Origin: Octopus vulgaris
Taxonomy: Eukaryota
NCBI GenBank assembly: GCA_951406725.2
Contig: OX597833.1
Span: 40,796,001 to 40,860,000, forward strand
Length of the DNA stretch: 64,000 nucleotides
Direction of reading: 5' to 3'
Shown here: positions 1 through 13,582 of the stretch, in pieces
How the letters are laid out: each line of letters begins with the position of its first letter
Numbering within the stretch: position 1 is the first letter of the stretch
The notes under the pieces: generated by a model
Told to the model about the DNA's origin: nothing
Seen by the model: only the letters and a program-made list of their open reading frames with translations
Databases searched by the model: none
Made by a program: the position numbers and the translations under genes

Positions 1-444
1 ACTCACCAGTAAAGTTTCCATTCATTTACTTATTTATTTTTCCTAAAATTTTAATTGTCTCTTGCAACCTTTTCAACAGCTAATAGTTGTTGAAAAGGTT
101 GTAAGTCTATCGCACACAGGTCTACTGCAGAAGGACGGGCAGCAGTGCGGGTTGAAGCAAGAGGGTTGGTTTCGGGCAGCAGCACAATGCGGCAGCGGAC
201 AGGAGATAGAGACGAGGATGGGAGGAGGAGCAGCAAAAGGTTGCAAGACCCAACAAAAATTTTAGGAAAAGTAAATAAGTAAATGAGTGGAAACTTTACT
301 GGTGTGTGTGTTTAATAATAAGGCACTAAAGAGAATGACTCTTCCCATACAACAAAATATGAATTGAAAATTATTAGGAATTTTAAAATAAAAAAAAAAG
401 AAGCAGAAAAAAGGAGAGTAAAAGCATCATGAAAGAAAACTGAC

Positions 445-543
445 CATTACAGAAAACCCATCTCATATTGTCTTGTTTAGCCATACCCATCATGGGTAGA
501 ATTGCACCCAGACTGGCATTGATGTGAGGCATCATGTCAAACA
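445..543 (-). CDS. MROH1: MROH1 coding exon 5 (VFDMMPHINASLGAILPMMGMAKQDNMRWVFCN); gene continues beyond the window
   Basis: ttacAG acceptor, G|GTCAG donor, 99 nt, phase 1-1. Resembles human FGVVPFL...LLPVLGVAKQDTVRVAFCS. Confidence 0.92.
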
Positions 544-1131
544 CTGTAATAGAAATAGAAAGAGAGTGACTGTAATGATTGAGATAGGAAGAATAGTTCA
601 AGCATGGAAATGGTACAGATGCAAGTTATTAATTGAAAATTTATTCAGTTGAATGGAGACAGGTAATAAAAAATTTAGTAACTGATACATACAAAATTAT
701 CTAAACAGCTATAAGAATCTACTATAATACTCTTGTGTTTTTCTCCGTCACAACATATGAATGAGAAAAGAAGGGGTGATAGATGAATAAGGAAGGAAGG
801 GGTGATGGCAAACTTGGTAGTGAGATGTTGGAAGTCCTACAGTGAAAAATAAAAAACAAGAATCAACCAGCGTTTCAACTCTGCGTGAGTATATGTGTGT
901 ATGCAATGAAAGTGGGATGGTGAATATTCAACACTGAAAAGAAAAATCAAACAGCGTTTCAACTCTGTGTGAGTATATGTGTGTATGTGTGTGCGTTACA
1001 AGGGGAGTATGTGAATGTTTGTATCAGTGATTATTATGTACCTTATTTATACATAAAATGCTACAATTAGCTGCCATTTTAGACAGCATAGAACCAGCTT
1101 GTTATTATTATAATTATTAATAAGGTGGTGA

Positions 1132-1431
1132 GTGGAGGCACATAGCCTAGTGGTTAGAGCAGTGGACTTGCAGTCAAGGGATCATGGTTCAAATCTCAGA
1201 CAGGGTGATCTGTGTGTTTATGAGTGAAACACCTAAGCTCCACGCAGATCCAGCAGAAGGTAATGGCGAACTTCTGCTGACTCTTTTGCCACAACCGTCT
1301 CTCACTCTTTCCTCCTGCATCTTGCAGCTCACTTCAACGGACCAGTGTTCCGTCCAGGTGGGGAACCTATATGCCAAGGAAACCGGAAAACTGGCCCTTA
1401 TGAGCCAGGCATGGCTCGAGAAGGAACAAAC
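1132..1431 (+). mobile_element. tRNA-derived SINE (family A) inserted into the head of a family C SINE
   Basis: A-box-like tagcctagtgg and B box ggttcaaatc; TSD aataaggtggtga/aataagttggtga; homologous copies at 40511-40810 and 56195-56490. Confidence 0.85.
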
Positions 1432-2615
1432 AATAAGTTGGTGATCTGGCAGAACTGCCAGCACACTGGACAAAATACTTAGTGGCATCTCATCTGTCTT
1501 TATGTTCAGAGTTCAAATTCCAAGGTTGACTTTGCCTTTCATCCTTTTAGGGTCAATTAAATAAGTACCAGTCAAGCACTGGAGTGATGTAATCAACATA
1601 CCCCTCCCCCCAAATTACTGGCCTTGTGCCAAAATGTGAAACTATTATATTTATTATTGATTAGGTGGTGAGCTGGTAGGTGCTAGCACAAAATGCTGAC
1701 ATTTCATTTGGCTCTTTATGTTCTGAGTTCAAATTCTACAAAGGTGAACTTAGCCTTTCATCTTTTTGGGGATCAATAAAAAAAAGTACCAGTCAATATA
1801 ATTCACTTACCACCCACCCCACCTCCCTCAAAATTGCTGGCTTTGTGTCAGAATTAGAAAAAATTATTATCATTATTAGCAGTGAGCATTGGTCAAAATG
1901 TCTGGCAGCATGTCTTCTGACTCTATGTTTTGAGCTCAAATCTTGCTGAGATCAAATCTGGTTTCATTACCATGTGTCTGCCTTCATAACACAACGGTGA
2001 CAGCCTGATGCCTATGTAAGAAATCAATTTGATTATGAAAGAACCAACTCAATTATTATGAGTATTAGATTGATTAGGAGAATTAGTGAAGCACAAAAAA
2101 TTATTGCTCTGTGGTATAATCATATCTCTTCATGACCTGAGTATAAAAATCTTTTCAATCATTCGAACATTAATAGAATAAAAAGAACAAGGCCAATAAT
2201 GGATTTGATTAAATCAATAATTCTCTCTCTTGAATTAGCTATCTTATGCTAATATTATAAACCATTATGTATGGTAATGGCTTGAAGGAGATATTGCAGA
2301 TTACATTCAAAGGAAGTCTGTGGCAAAGATTCCTTCATCAACAAACTATAACAACATTCTTGAGAATGAATCTGGAGGCCATTATGCGGTTACGTGATTT
2401 GCTACAAAAAGCAGTCAAATCTTCAAATCATAACTTAACTGTCTTTAACAAATCCCATATTAGATAATGTGGTCTTGGGTTATCAACACTAGAAAAGACA
2501 GGATAGACATAGTTAGATAACAATGATAACAATATTACAATGAGTAATATCAATGATATGGGATTTTTACCTTTTGACGTACAGATTTAAAAAATAATTT
2601 TTTGTAACTAAACAC

Positions 2616-3128
2616 TTTCAAACTTCGGACACTGGTAGAATGTGTCATATAAAACATGTTTTACTGTTAGCATTTTTGAGGAAAACTTATATTTGTGAAG
2701 TAATTTCACGTCAAAGTAGGCATATTTTGGTAATTTCAACCAATCAATAACGAATATTCAGCTGAACAAAATTACTGCCGTTGTTTGTCAACAAGAACTT
2801 CTGGCAGTGTATATTTCATTTGTCACTGTTATTTATGACAACCCTAACCCTAACCCTAAAACCCTAACACCCTAACCCTAAAACCAGTACAAATGCATGA
2901 ATGATGTCATAAATAACAGTGACAAATGAAAAATACACCACCGATAGTTGTTGTTGACAAACAACGGCAGTAATTTTATTCAGCTGAATACACATCATTG
3001 ATTGGTTGAAATTACCGAAATAGGCCTACTTTAACATGAAATTACTTTGTAAATATAAGTTTTTCTCAAAAATGCTAAGAGTAAAACCTGTTTTATATGA
3101 CATATTCTACCAGTGTCTGAAATTTGAA
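2616..3128. mobile_element. Foldback/MITE with ~225-bp inverted arms and a central (CCCTAA)n tract
   Basis: 2616-2840 is the imperfect reverse complement of 2905-3128; the spacer holds accctaaccctaacccta repeats. Confidence 0.8.
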
Positions 3129-4802
3129 CACAGTGGCAGAATATTAAAAGATGCATGCTATCTCAAAGACAAAGGCAATAACTTTGGTAGGTAGATGCTG
3201 AAGGACACCATGAACTATTCAAGAGACTTTCAGAACATCAAAGTAGAAACTGTATCATGATATGTGCTTTGACATAGAATTGCAAGAAAAAAAACTGTCT
3301 GAAGAACAATGCCACCATGCTAAAATATGAGAAGCTGCAATATATTACTTATTTTGGGCTTAAAACAATGGGACATCCACTACTCTTTTACTTGTTTCAG
3401 TCATTTGACTGTGGCCATGCTGGAGCACCACCTTTAGTCGAGCAAATCGACCCCAGGACTTATTCTTTGTGAGCATAGTACTTATTCTATCAGTCTCTTT
3501 TGCTGAACTGCTAAGTTACGGGAATGTAACACACCAGCATTCGTTGTCAAGCAATGTTGGGGGACAAACAAAGACACACATACATATATATGACGGGCTT
3601 CCTTCAGTTTCTGTCTACCAAATCCACTCACAAGGCTTTGGTCAGCCCGAAGCTATAGTAGATGACACTTGCTCAAGGTGTCACACAGTGGGACTGAACC
3701 CGGACCTATGTGGTTTGTAAGCAAGAACTATTATTCCTTCTGACTAAAATAATTTTAATGATCACAGCAGCTAGTAGCATGCAACACCATCACCTCACAA
3801 TTACCAATACTTTCTAGTCTATTTCTACTATTACTACTACCGGTAATAATAATAATTATTATTATAATAACAATAATACATACAAACATATATTTTCTAA
3901 TTATTAAAACTGTTGGTCAATTGTTCAAGACTTTATAAAAAGCCAGAACATTTGACAATTGCTAAAATTGCTACTTTCCAAAATATTGTTTAAAAACTGC
4001 TAACATATATATTGTTACTTTGTGTCAGTTTTTCTATGCTAGCAAGGCTTGGATATTTGTCACAGTGTCTTATAGCCATTCATCATCTGTCACATATGCA
4101 CAGCGACCAAGAAAACCAGCTGTCTTTATTGTTTTGTCATATTTCACATTTAGTTTCTGGTATGCTTTTTACAGCTGGATACCTTTCTTGTTAACAACCA
4201 CTTTATAGCATGGCCTGGTCTATTTTATCAAGCCAAACAGTACAAGAGAGGGTGTCTGTAAAGACTAAGGACCCCTCTCTATCAGTTTTTATCAGGTGTA
4301 GCCAAGGGTATGTGTATTTTACTTTGCTGGGTGGGTCTTCTCAAGCACAGAATATCACCAAATGTTTCAATCCTTTCTCACCACCTCTGTGAAGCTTAAT
4401 ATCTGAAGATCATTTCTCACCATTTTATCCCATGTCTTCATGGGTCTTCCTCTTCCATAGGTTCTCTCCACATTCAGAGAAAGGCACTTCTATATGCAGC
4501 TGTCATCATCCATATGCATCACATGACATTATCAGTGCAGTCTTCTCTCTTGCACACTATAACTGATGCCTTTTATCCTCTTTTACTTTTTTCAGTTATT
4601 TGACTGTGGCCATGCTGGAGCACCGCCTTTAGTCGAGCAAATCAATCCCAGGACTTATTCTTTGTAAGCCTAATACTTATTCTATCAGTCTCTTTTGCCG
4701 AACTGCTAAGTTACAGGGACGTAAACACACCAGCATTGGTTGTCAAGCGATGTTGGGGGGACAAACACAGACACACAAACATATACACACACACATACAT
4801 AC

Positions 4803-4846
<44 letters not shown>

Positions 4847-5528
4847 ATGTATATACATATATACAACAGGCTTCTTTCAGTTTCTGTTTACCAAATCCAC
4901 TCACAAGGCTTTGGTTGGCCCAAGGCCATAGTAGAAGACACTTGCCCAAGGTGTCATGTAGTGGGACTGAACCCGGAACCATGTGGTTCGTAAGCAAGTT
5001 ACTTACCACACAGCCACTCCTACCTAATTTCTCTCGCAAAACATTTACAATTTAGTCATACATACTCACTGACATCACGCATCCAGCAGAGCATGCTGGG
5101 TTCATTCCTTTCAAGTCTTCCCATGTCTTCTACATCACTTGATCAATCAAGCTGCCAGTCAACTTATATACATGACAAATCTGGTCACTTCAGAGAATTG
5201 GAGCTAGCAAATTGTATACCGTAAGTGCTTAGCATTTTACTTTAATATCTGTGGTCTACCAATGGAAATCCCAATCCACACAGTATCAAGATATGACATA
5301 ATATATGTAAATCTATGCAGTACCAAAGGTATGATATACATACATATATGTTATAATCCTTAAAATGTTGGATTGATATAACGTCCACTTCAGTTATACA
5401 GTATTCTTAGTAAAACTAGTAAAGAGACAACTATATCTTGATTGCCTACTACATAATCTCTTTACTTACAGTGACTAGGTTATTCCATTCACCATGTGGG
5501 AGGGGTGTATCATTATTACTGATTCCCT

Positions 5529-5570
<42 letters not shown>

Positions 5571-6957
5571 TCATCATCATTATCGTTTAACATCCGCTTT
5601 CCATGCTGGCATGGGTTGGACAATTTGACTGAGGACTGGCAAACCAGATGGCTGCACCAGGCTCCAACCTTGATCAGGCAGAGTTTCTACAGCTGGATGC
5701 CCTTCCTAATGCCAACCACTCCGAGAGTGTAGTGGGTGCTTTTACATGCCACCGGCATGGGGGCCAGTCAGGCACTACTGGCAATGACCTCGCTCAAATC
5801 TTTTTAAACATGCCACCGGCTCAGGTGCCAGTAAGGCGATGCTGGTAATGATCACGCTCGAATGGTGCCTTTTACGTGACACACACACCTGTATGCCTAT
5901 CTATTTTCCATCTCTCAAAATGGGTGGAATACATGGAAGTGGGTGACCCAGGAAGACATGGGATGAAGTACTGAAGAACAATCTCAGGAAGCTGAACCTT
6001 TCAGGCAAGATGACAGAGGACTAAGATACCTGGTGTCTGGCCGTACTCAAGAGGATCCATACCCACAGCAGAAGTGTTAAGACTGATCCTGCTGGTGGTG
6101 TAAAGCACCCATGGTGGTGCCACACAAAAGCACCCATGCAATTCCACATCAAAACGCCCATGTGGTACCATGTAAAAGTGCTCATGTGGTGTCACATAAA
6201 AGTGCATGTGCAGTACCACATAAAAGCGCCTGTCTGGTACCACATAAAAGTGCCCATGTGATGTCACGTAAAAGCACCCAGCATACTCTGTAAAGTCGTT
6301 GGCATTAGGAAGGGCATTCAGCCATAGAAACCATACGAAATTGAACTGGAGTCTGGTACAGCTGCCCAGCTCTGGTCAAACCATCCAACCCAAGCCAGCA
6401 TGGACAATAGACATTAAATGATGATGATGATAATATATATATATCTGAGACACCTTTCGGTCACAACACAGGCCATGGGATTGCACCTAGAAAGTTACAC
6501 TCCCAGGCAAGGTTGTTTATGGAAGACCAGCAGTCACCCATGCATACCGGCCTCCCCTCTCCATGCCACCAGTGTTATCCAAGGGAAAGGCAAAGGGGCC
6601 GATACAGCTTCGCACCTGTGACATCACAACTCGTTTCTACAGCTGAGTGAACTGGAGTAACATGAAATAAAGTGTCTTGCTCAAGAACACAACATGTAGC
6701 CCAGTCCAGGATTTGAGCTCATAACCTCACGATCGTAAGCTCAATGCTCCAACCACTGAGCCATGCACCTTCACAATATATATGTATATATATACCGGAG
6801 TAAACACATAAAAGTGAAACAAGGTGGAAAAAAGAGTACTCAAATACCAGTGGTAGAGTAATATGCTTTATTTAAAAGCAGCAGAAAATTCAACAAAACC
6901 TGTTACTCTGAGTAACAGGTATTGTTGAATTTTCTGCTGCTTTTAAATAAAGTATAT

Positions 6958-8066
6958 AATAATAATAATAATAATAATTTGTGTACAGTGCTCAGGTGCA
7001 CTACAACTTATCTAAAGTGTATATATAATCAGGTGTAGTTTCGACGGATTTCGGGAAGCATGAGGGCCTTAAAGGATGCAGTGTCATGGCAGTCAACAAC
7101 TGATGCAGGCAGTTTATTCCACGCTTCAGCAACCCTGAGCGTGAAAAAATGTTTCCGAAAGTCATGGGAGCTGTGCTGTTTTCTGACTTTGTAGGCATGT
7201 CCACGTGTGTTAGACACATGGAGATCAAAAAGGTGTTCAGTGTTGTTGTTGGTGAGGTGGTTGATAACCTTGTGGGTGTTAACCAAGTCCGTCGCCAGAC
7301 GCCGGAGCTTCAGTGAATCCATGCCCAGGGAAACAAGGCGCTCAGAATATGGTAGGTGTCTGATGGAGGGTATGCGTTTGGTTGCACGTCTCTGGACAGA
7401 TTCCAGGAGGTCAATGTTCTGAGCAAGATAGGGATTCCAAACTGATGATGCGAATTCCAAGTGTGGTCGTACCATAGCTGTATACAGTTTTAAATAGATG
7501 GCTGGAGAGCGGCTAACAAAAGTCTTGCTGAGTGATGCCAAGACACCCTCGGCCTTCTTGATAATTTTAGAGATATGCTTTGTCCAACGCAAATCACTGC
7601 TGACAGTGATGCCTAGGTCACGCTCGCAAGAGGATTTCTTGATATCAGTGTTGTGGAGGGAGTATGTGGACGCAGGGTTTTTTCTCCCAAAATGCATGGT
7701 GGTACACTTGTCCACAGCCAGTTTCAGTTGCCAGTCTGTGATCCATTGCTGCATTGTGTCTAGGTCTGATTGCAGGAAAGAGTTGTAGACATCAGGATCA
7801 GTCCTCTTGATTTCAAGGTACAGCTTGATGTCGTCTGCATATTTCAATACTGTGGCATTCTTTAAATTGGCATCTATGTCATTAATGTATGCCACAAACA
7901 GGAGGGGACCAAGGACAGATCCCTGTGGTACACCCGATGACATCTCATATGGTGTAGAGTGCTGTCCTAGAACTGTGACTACCTCCTTTCGGCTGAGGAT
8001 GAAGGATTTCAACCAGTTAAAAAGGTCATCCCCCACACCCATTGCAGAGAGTTTCACCATAAGCCT
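6958..8066 (-). mobile_element. 5'-truncated CR1-clade LINE (RT C-terminal half, 3' UTR, (ATT)n tail)
   Basis: Open ORF 7029-8093 with GVPQGSVLGPLLF, YADD, ERDLG, VRPHLEF and TRGH motifs; tail at ~6958-6978. Confidence 0.95.
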
Positions 8067-8282
8067 TTTATATATATATATATATATATGCAACTCAAAC
8101 AGTGATAGACATAAACCAATACATAAATAACAAATAAAATAAATATAATATAATATATTATATATATATATATTTTTTTTTCCAAAAGTATAAAAAGAAT
8201 GATAAATATAATATAATAAGTAATAAGTGTAATAAGTCTATCACTGTTTGAGTTGCATTATAGTGGTTTTATCTCTAATTCA

Positions 8283-8335
<53 letters not shown>

Positions 8336-8691
8336 GTGTATGTGTGTGTGCATTGCTTATCTATTTTGTATATATATAATCTGTTGTTGTTGTTGTTTAG
8401 TTGACCGAGTTTTGCCTTTATCAAAGTAGACCTATGATCAGACAATGTATAAGAATAACATTTTCCAATGTCTACTTCATTTATTTAGACATGAGAATGT
8501 CACTTGAGAAAGATTTGGTTGCCATTTCTAGTAGGTTGCATAACCACATAGAGGCTCCCTTATTTGCCTGCTACACAATTAATTATTCAGTTGCGTAATT
8601 AATTATTTGACTACTTCATCATTCACAATATATCACCTGAAAAATTGCATTTAGCTAGTAATTGCAACTGTGACAGTGAATAATCAAAGTT

Positions 8692-8966
8692 AAAATAATA
8701 ATAATAATATAATAATAAAACATTGTGTACAGTGCTCAGGTGCACTACAACTCATCTAAAGTGTATATATAATCAGGTGTAGTTTCGGCGGATTTCGGAA
8801 AGCATGAGGGCTTTAAAGGATGCAGTGTCATGGCAGTCAACAACTGACGCAGGCAGTTTATTCCATGCTTCAGCAACTCTGAGCGTGAAAAAATGTTTCC
8901 GAAAGTCATGGGAGCTGTGTTGTTTTCTGACTTTGTAGGCATGTCCACGTGTGTTAGACACATGGA
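8692..8966 (-). mobile_element. CR1 LINE 3'-end fragment (same family as 6958-8066)
   Basis: Near-identical to 6978-7222 (SNTRGHAYKVRKQHSSHDF...), with an ATT tail. Confidence 0.9.
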
Positions 8967-9995
8967 GAAAATACAGTTGATTAAATTGTCTCCAGTAATT
9001 GACTGATATTTATTCTGACAACCTTCACCCCCCCCCCATCCCATCTTCCCTGCAGAAAGATTAAAGGCCAACTTAATATGAGAATGTAAAAAGCTATAAC
9101 TAAATATACTACAAAATGTTTTGCCTTAGATTTTAACATGAGGCTTGGCTACATGAGCATAGATCCATGTATGTTGCAGGCTTGCTGATGTCTAACGTGT
9201 TCAGTTGGCAGGCATGACCGCAGAGACTGCATAGAGAGGTGCACTGGTCGGGATTGGTCACAGTGTCCCAGTTTTTTTCCTCCTTTTTGTTTTATCAGCA
9301 AAGATGGTCCCCTACATGTCTTCAAAGGAGACCATTGCATGGAGAACAGTGAGATGCCAGGTTTCCTGGTCAGCAACAAGAACAGACGTCCAGCTGGTGA
9401 TCAATGTGGCAGGTGTTGATGGATTTATTTGGTGCTTCTCTATCATAGTGACCAGAGGAGTGTTCACTTTACAGTGTGATCTCAGGAAGTCGATGATCCT
9501 CCATCTTGTCACTAATCTATTATTTTTTATTCTTTACTTGTTTCAATCATTAGATTGCAGTCATGCTGGGCCACTGCCTTGAAGAACTTTTAATCGAATG
9601 AATTGACCCAGTACTTTTTTTAAACCCAGTACCTTTTCAATTGTTTTTCTATGCCGAACTGCTAGGTTACAGGAACATAAACAAACCAACCCCAGTTGTC
9701 AAGTGGTGGTGGTGGTGGGGGTGTGTGCTGAGACCTCTTTCGGGGGGTATACAGATACAAAGACATACAAACACACACACATGCTTCTTTCAGTTTCTGT
9801 CTATCAAATCCACTCACAAGGCCTTGGTCAGTTCAAGGCTATAAGAAAAGATACTTGAACAAGGTGCCATGCAGTGAGACTGAAGCCCAGAACCATGTGG
9901 TTGGGAAGCAAGCTTCTAACCACACAGATACGTCTGTACCATTATCAACTTTATTAACCACAAAAAACAAAGAAGGTGTGAAAAGTGACTCTTAC

Positions 9996-10158
9996 CATTG
10001 GCAGTGCTGAGATTAGCCATAGTCTGTACAATAAAGAAATGAGGTAAAGCTCCAGGCTTGAAATTCTGTACCAGTACTTCCATCACTTCATTGCAATATC
10101 TGGCTCCTAAGGCTACAAGAACACCACTGGCTGCAGACTGCCATTCAGGAACAATTTC
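9996..10158 (-). CDS. MROH1: MROH1 coding exon 4 (EIVPEWQSAASGVLVALG...MANLSTAN)
   Basis: cccAG acceptor, G|GTAAG donor, 163 nt, phase 0-1. Strong match to human DWQQAASGVLVAVG...PGTLPH...LASLSVAN. Confidence 0.95.
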
Positions 10159-11602
10159 CTGGGAGAAAGAATATGATACATGAAAATTCATTTGTCAAAT
10201 TTGATGATGACTTAGCAACAACAAAGTTACAGTGTTAGGGCCATAGGCACTCACACTGCCGTGCCAAAAAGACAAGAAATATACATGACAAATCTATCCC
10301 CTAAAATCACCGTTTTTTACTGCTTTGACTCTAACTTAGAATTGCACTAAAATTAATAATTTATGTACTTGTGAAGGCACATGGCCTAGTGGTTAGGCTG
10401 TTGCACTCATGATTGCTAGGTTGTGGGTTTGATTCCCTGACTGGGCAGCATGTTGTGTTCTTGAGCAAAACACTTCTTTTCAAGTTGCTCCAGTCTCCTT
10501 TCAACCAGGAGGGACTGTTGGCCTGCTTGAACAGCTAGCAGGGTGGTGTCATTAGAAGGCTAAAACAATGCAAGAGCACATTGTGACCAGCGATGTGTAA
10601 CAACATCTGATAGCCTTGTTCGTCATGTGGTCACATGGTATGTACTTGTTAGCTTAGTTAATTTCATCACATGGCTAACTACAGGTGTAACTTACATTAC
10701 AGGTGTAATTTAATTCATTTAAAACTTCTCGCCACACTACATCAGGTACATTAGAGGCCTCACTATTTGTTTTTCAGGTAGCAGTCATCTCAGGATGTTT
10801 TAGTCCCAACCCTGTGATCTATATCACAGAGTAACACGATCTTTGTCCTTGGGTAGCAACTGTTATTTTCTGTTTGCTTACCTCTAAAAAGTATGAAAAG
10901 CTGCTAATATTTCCTTCAAACTTTGCTTTTGCTACATTTATTAGAAACCCAGAGAATCCCTCACAACACACTACTCCTGCTGCTCTTGCTCATAATCAAA
11001 GATGCACATGTTGTCAATCACTAAAGGACATACTCAAGTGGGTACGGTCAAGCAACCGACAAGCAAATCTGTGGTAATGAGCAGAATATTTGCTATAATG
11101 ATATTTCTGCTTCAGCAATTAAGTGCTGAATTTGTCTGAAATGTAATGGAAAATAGGTCAGTTTCCTAACATTGATGTCTGGATCACAAAAGTAAAGTTT
11201 GAAGGGAATAGTGGTTATTTCCTTTAATTTCTAGATAGAAATAAAGAGGAAATAACACTTACTGGCCAAAGACAAAGAAAAAAAAATTGTAATGCAGTGT
11301 AATGGATGATGGTAATAACAATCAATGGATGACACTGTGTTAGATTACTATATTTCTTTATTATACAATACGATAAGAATATATCTATAGATATTTTAGC
11401 CACTGTATGTAATGATGAATGTAAACAATATGTCTGTTTTCTTGTCCATAAAAATATGCTTTTCTACTCTAGGCACAAGGTCTGAAATTTTGGGGGAAGG
11501 GGGGGGGGGCTGTCGATTAGATCAACCCCAGTATGTAACTGGTACTTAATTTATTGACCCCAAAAGAATGAAAGGCAAAGTTGAGCTCAGAGGAATTTGA
11601 AC

Positions 11603-12231
11603 TTTACCTTATTTCCAACCACCAACCGAATAGATATGTGGAGACAGCCAAAAGAATCATTTGACCCAGACTGCCTTCTTCAACTGTTAAACATGGAGGA
11701 GAATCTGTGCTGATCTGGGGGGTGGGGTGGGGTGCTATATCTTGGAAACCCGCCAGCCCAATGGTTTCCCTTCATGGCAGAATTAATAGTCAAGACTATT
11801 TAAGCAGTTTGTTTGATCAAATTCATCCTATGGTTGCAGAACTGTTTCCGGAGGGAAATGCAATCATTCAGGATGATAACGCACCAGTTTACACAGCTAA
11901 AGTTGTTACTGAATGGCACAAGGAACATTCTAGTGAAATCAAATGTCTTATCTAGCCACCACAGTCGCCAGATCTCAATATTATTGAACATTTATGGTGC
12001 ATTTTAGAAAAACAAGTAAGGAGTCCATATTCTCCACCATCATCGCTACAAGAACTGGAGACTGTTTTAGCTGAAAAATGGACAAAAATTCCTTTGGAAA
12101 CAATTCAAACTTTGTATGAGTCCATACCTCATAGAAGTCAAGCTGTAATTACTGCTAAAGGTGGTCCTGCCCCATATCAAAATAAATTTGTTTGAAACTT
12201 TAAGGTGTTTCCATTATTTTGTCCAACCCTG
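11603..12231 (+). mobile_element. Tc1-family transposase relic (3' half) with right TIR
   Basis: TVKHGG, QDDNAP, *PPQSPDLNIIEHLW and AVITAKGG motifs with a stop and frameshift; ends ...ttttgtccaaccctg|TA. Confidence 0.9.
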
Positions 12232-13450
12232 TATATCTGTGTGTGTGTGGAGGTGTGTGATTGTGTGTGTGTGTGGGGGGGTGTTTGTGTGTGTGTGTCC
12301 CACTTTACAACTTGACAACTGGTGTTGGTGTGTTTACATCCTTGTAACTTAGCAGTTCGACAAAAGGGAATAAGTGCCAGGTTTGAAAAAATAAAGTATT
12401 GGGGTTAATTCATGCAACTAAAAATTCTTCAAGGCAGTGCCCCAGCACGGCCACAGTCTAATGATTGAAACAAGTAAAAGATTATAAAGTAGATAAAAGA
12501 CACAGTCCATAGTACAGAATGAAAAAAAAGATACAATATACAGCTACCAACAGAAGTGAAGTTACAAAAACTTAACCACACTATGGTTGGGTACTAGGAT
12601 AAAATTCCAACCAGACAAAAACCTGTAGACAAAATCCCCCAGAGTGTTGTTCTATACAATAAAAATATTTTAGGAAAGTGAAATCTTATTAAAAAATCTA
12701 AAATATTTATTAATTCATATTTTTGTCCAGAGGGATTTTGTCCTGATGTCCCATGGCTAATTCAACTACTAATTCAGCTATCAATCAAGAAACTATTATA
12801 TATTCACATACAATTTTAATATTTTCACAAAGGTTGCGTTTAACCCTTGCAGACTAAGGCTTCTCATATGACATTTGAACTGACACACAGCTGAAAGGGA
12901 AACAAATAGCTTTGACAAAATAAATAGCCAATTTTTGTTGTTGTTGTTGTTTCTCTTTCTTAATCAATTTTGAATGCCATTGAAAACATCATTTAACATG
13001 ATGGATTGAGCTGGTTTCCAACAGGTTGTTAACCAGTTTGATATTGGCTTCAAATGAGTTGAAAGTCTTACTGATAAAAAGGAGGCAGTATGAATCATTT
13101 ACAGGGATTGAAGAGCTATCATCATCACCACCACCACTGCCTCTTCCTCCTCCTCATCATTTTAAGTGAGATTGAGAGAAAGGAAGAGAAAAGGCAGAAG
13201 TAAAAGAAATTGGGGAATATGAAGGCTATTTATCTATCCGCTCAGTCGAAGTCGACTCTCGGTTACTCGATGGATCAGTGTCCTCCAGCCAGTTCTATCC
13301 TGGGCCGCTTCTTTCAGATTGGCTATGTCCATTCCTGTATCACTCTTGATATGAAGGCTAGAGAGGGAAAATAGAGCAAAATCCTATAAATCTCCACACC
13401 AAACTAGAAAACAATGTTTAGAAACAGAAAGATATAAGATGGTGTGTTAC

Positions 13451-13582
13451 CTTGGAAGTGGTAAGTTCTTTTAATGCTTGGTCTATAACACTGGAGGCAA
13501 GCTTCATGTCCAACACTTCTAGGCATTCTTTTAAGATTCTCTCCATACAGTTCAAAATAGCCACTCTGTGAGCAATGGGGAG
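13451..13582 (-). CDS. MROH1: MROH1 coding exon 3 (LPIAHRVAILNCMERIL...KELTTSK)
   Basis: cttcAG acceptor, AAG|GTAAC donor, 132 nt, phase 0-0. Resembles human LAHPYRAAVLRAMERVL...SEMTKTK. Confidence 0.92.

Noticed and set aside
1132-1205. Possible tRNA genes (also 34660, 40511, 48082, 56195)
   Set aside because: tRNA-like heads run straight into shared SINE bodies and lack proper acceptor stems.
2841-2885. True telomere or chromosome-fusion site
   Set aside because: Only a few imperfect CCCTAA units, inside a dispersed foldback element within an intron.
7029-8093. 354-aa ORF as a host gene or intact retrotransposon
   Set aside because: It is the 3' half of a CR1 ORF2; the apparent start lies in a TA microsatellite, and the endonuclease and RT N-terminus are missing.
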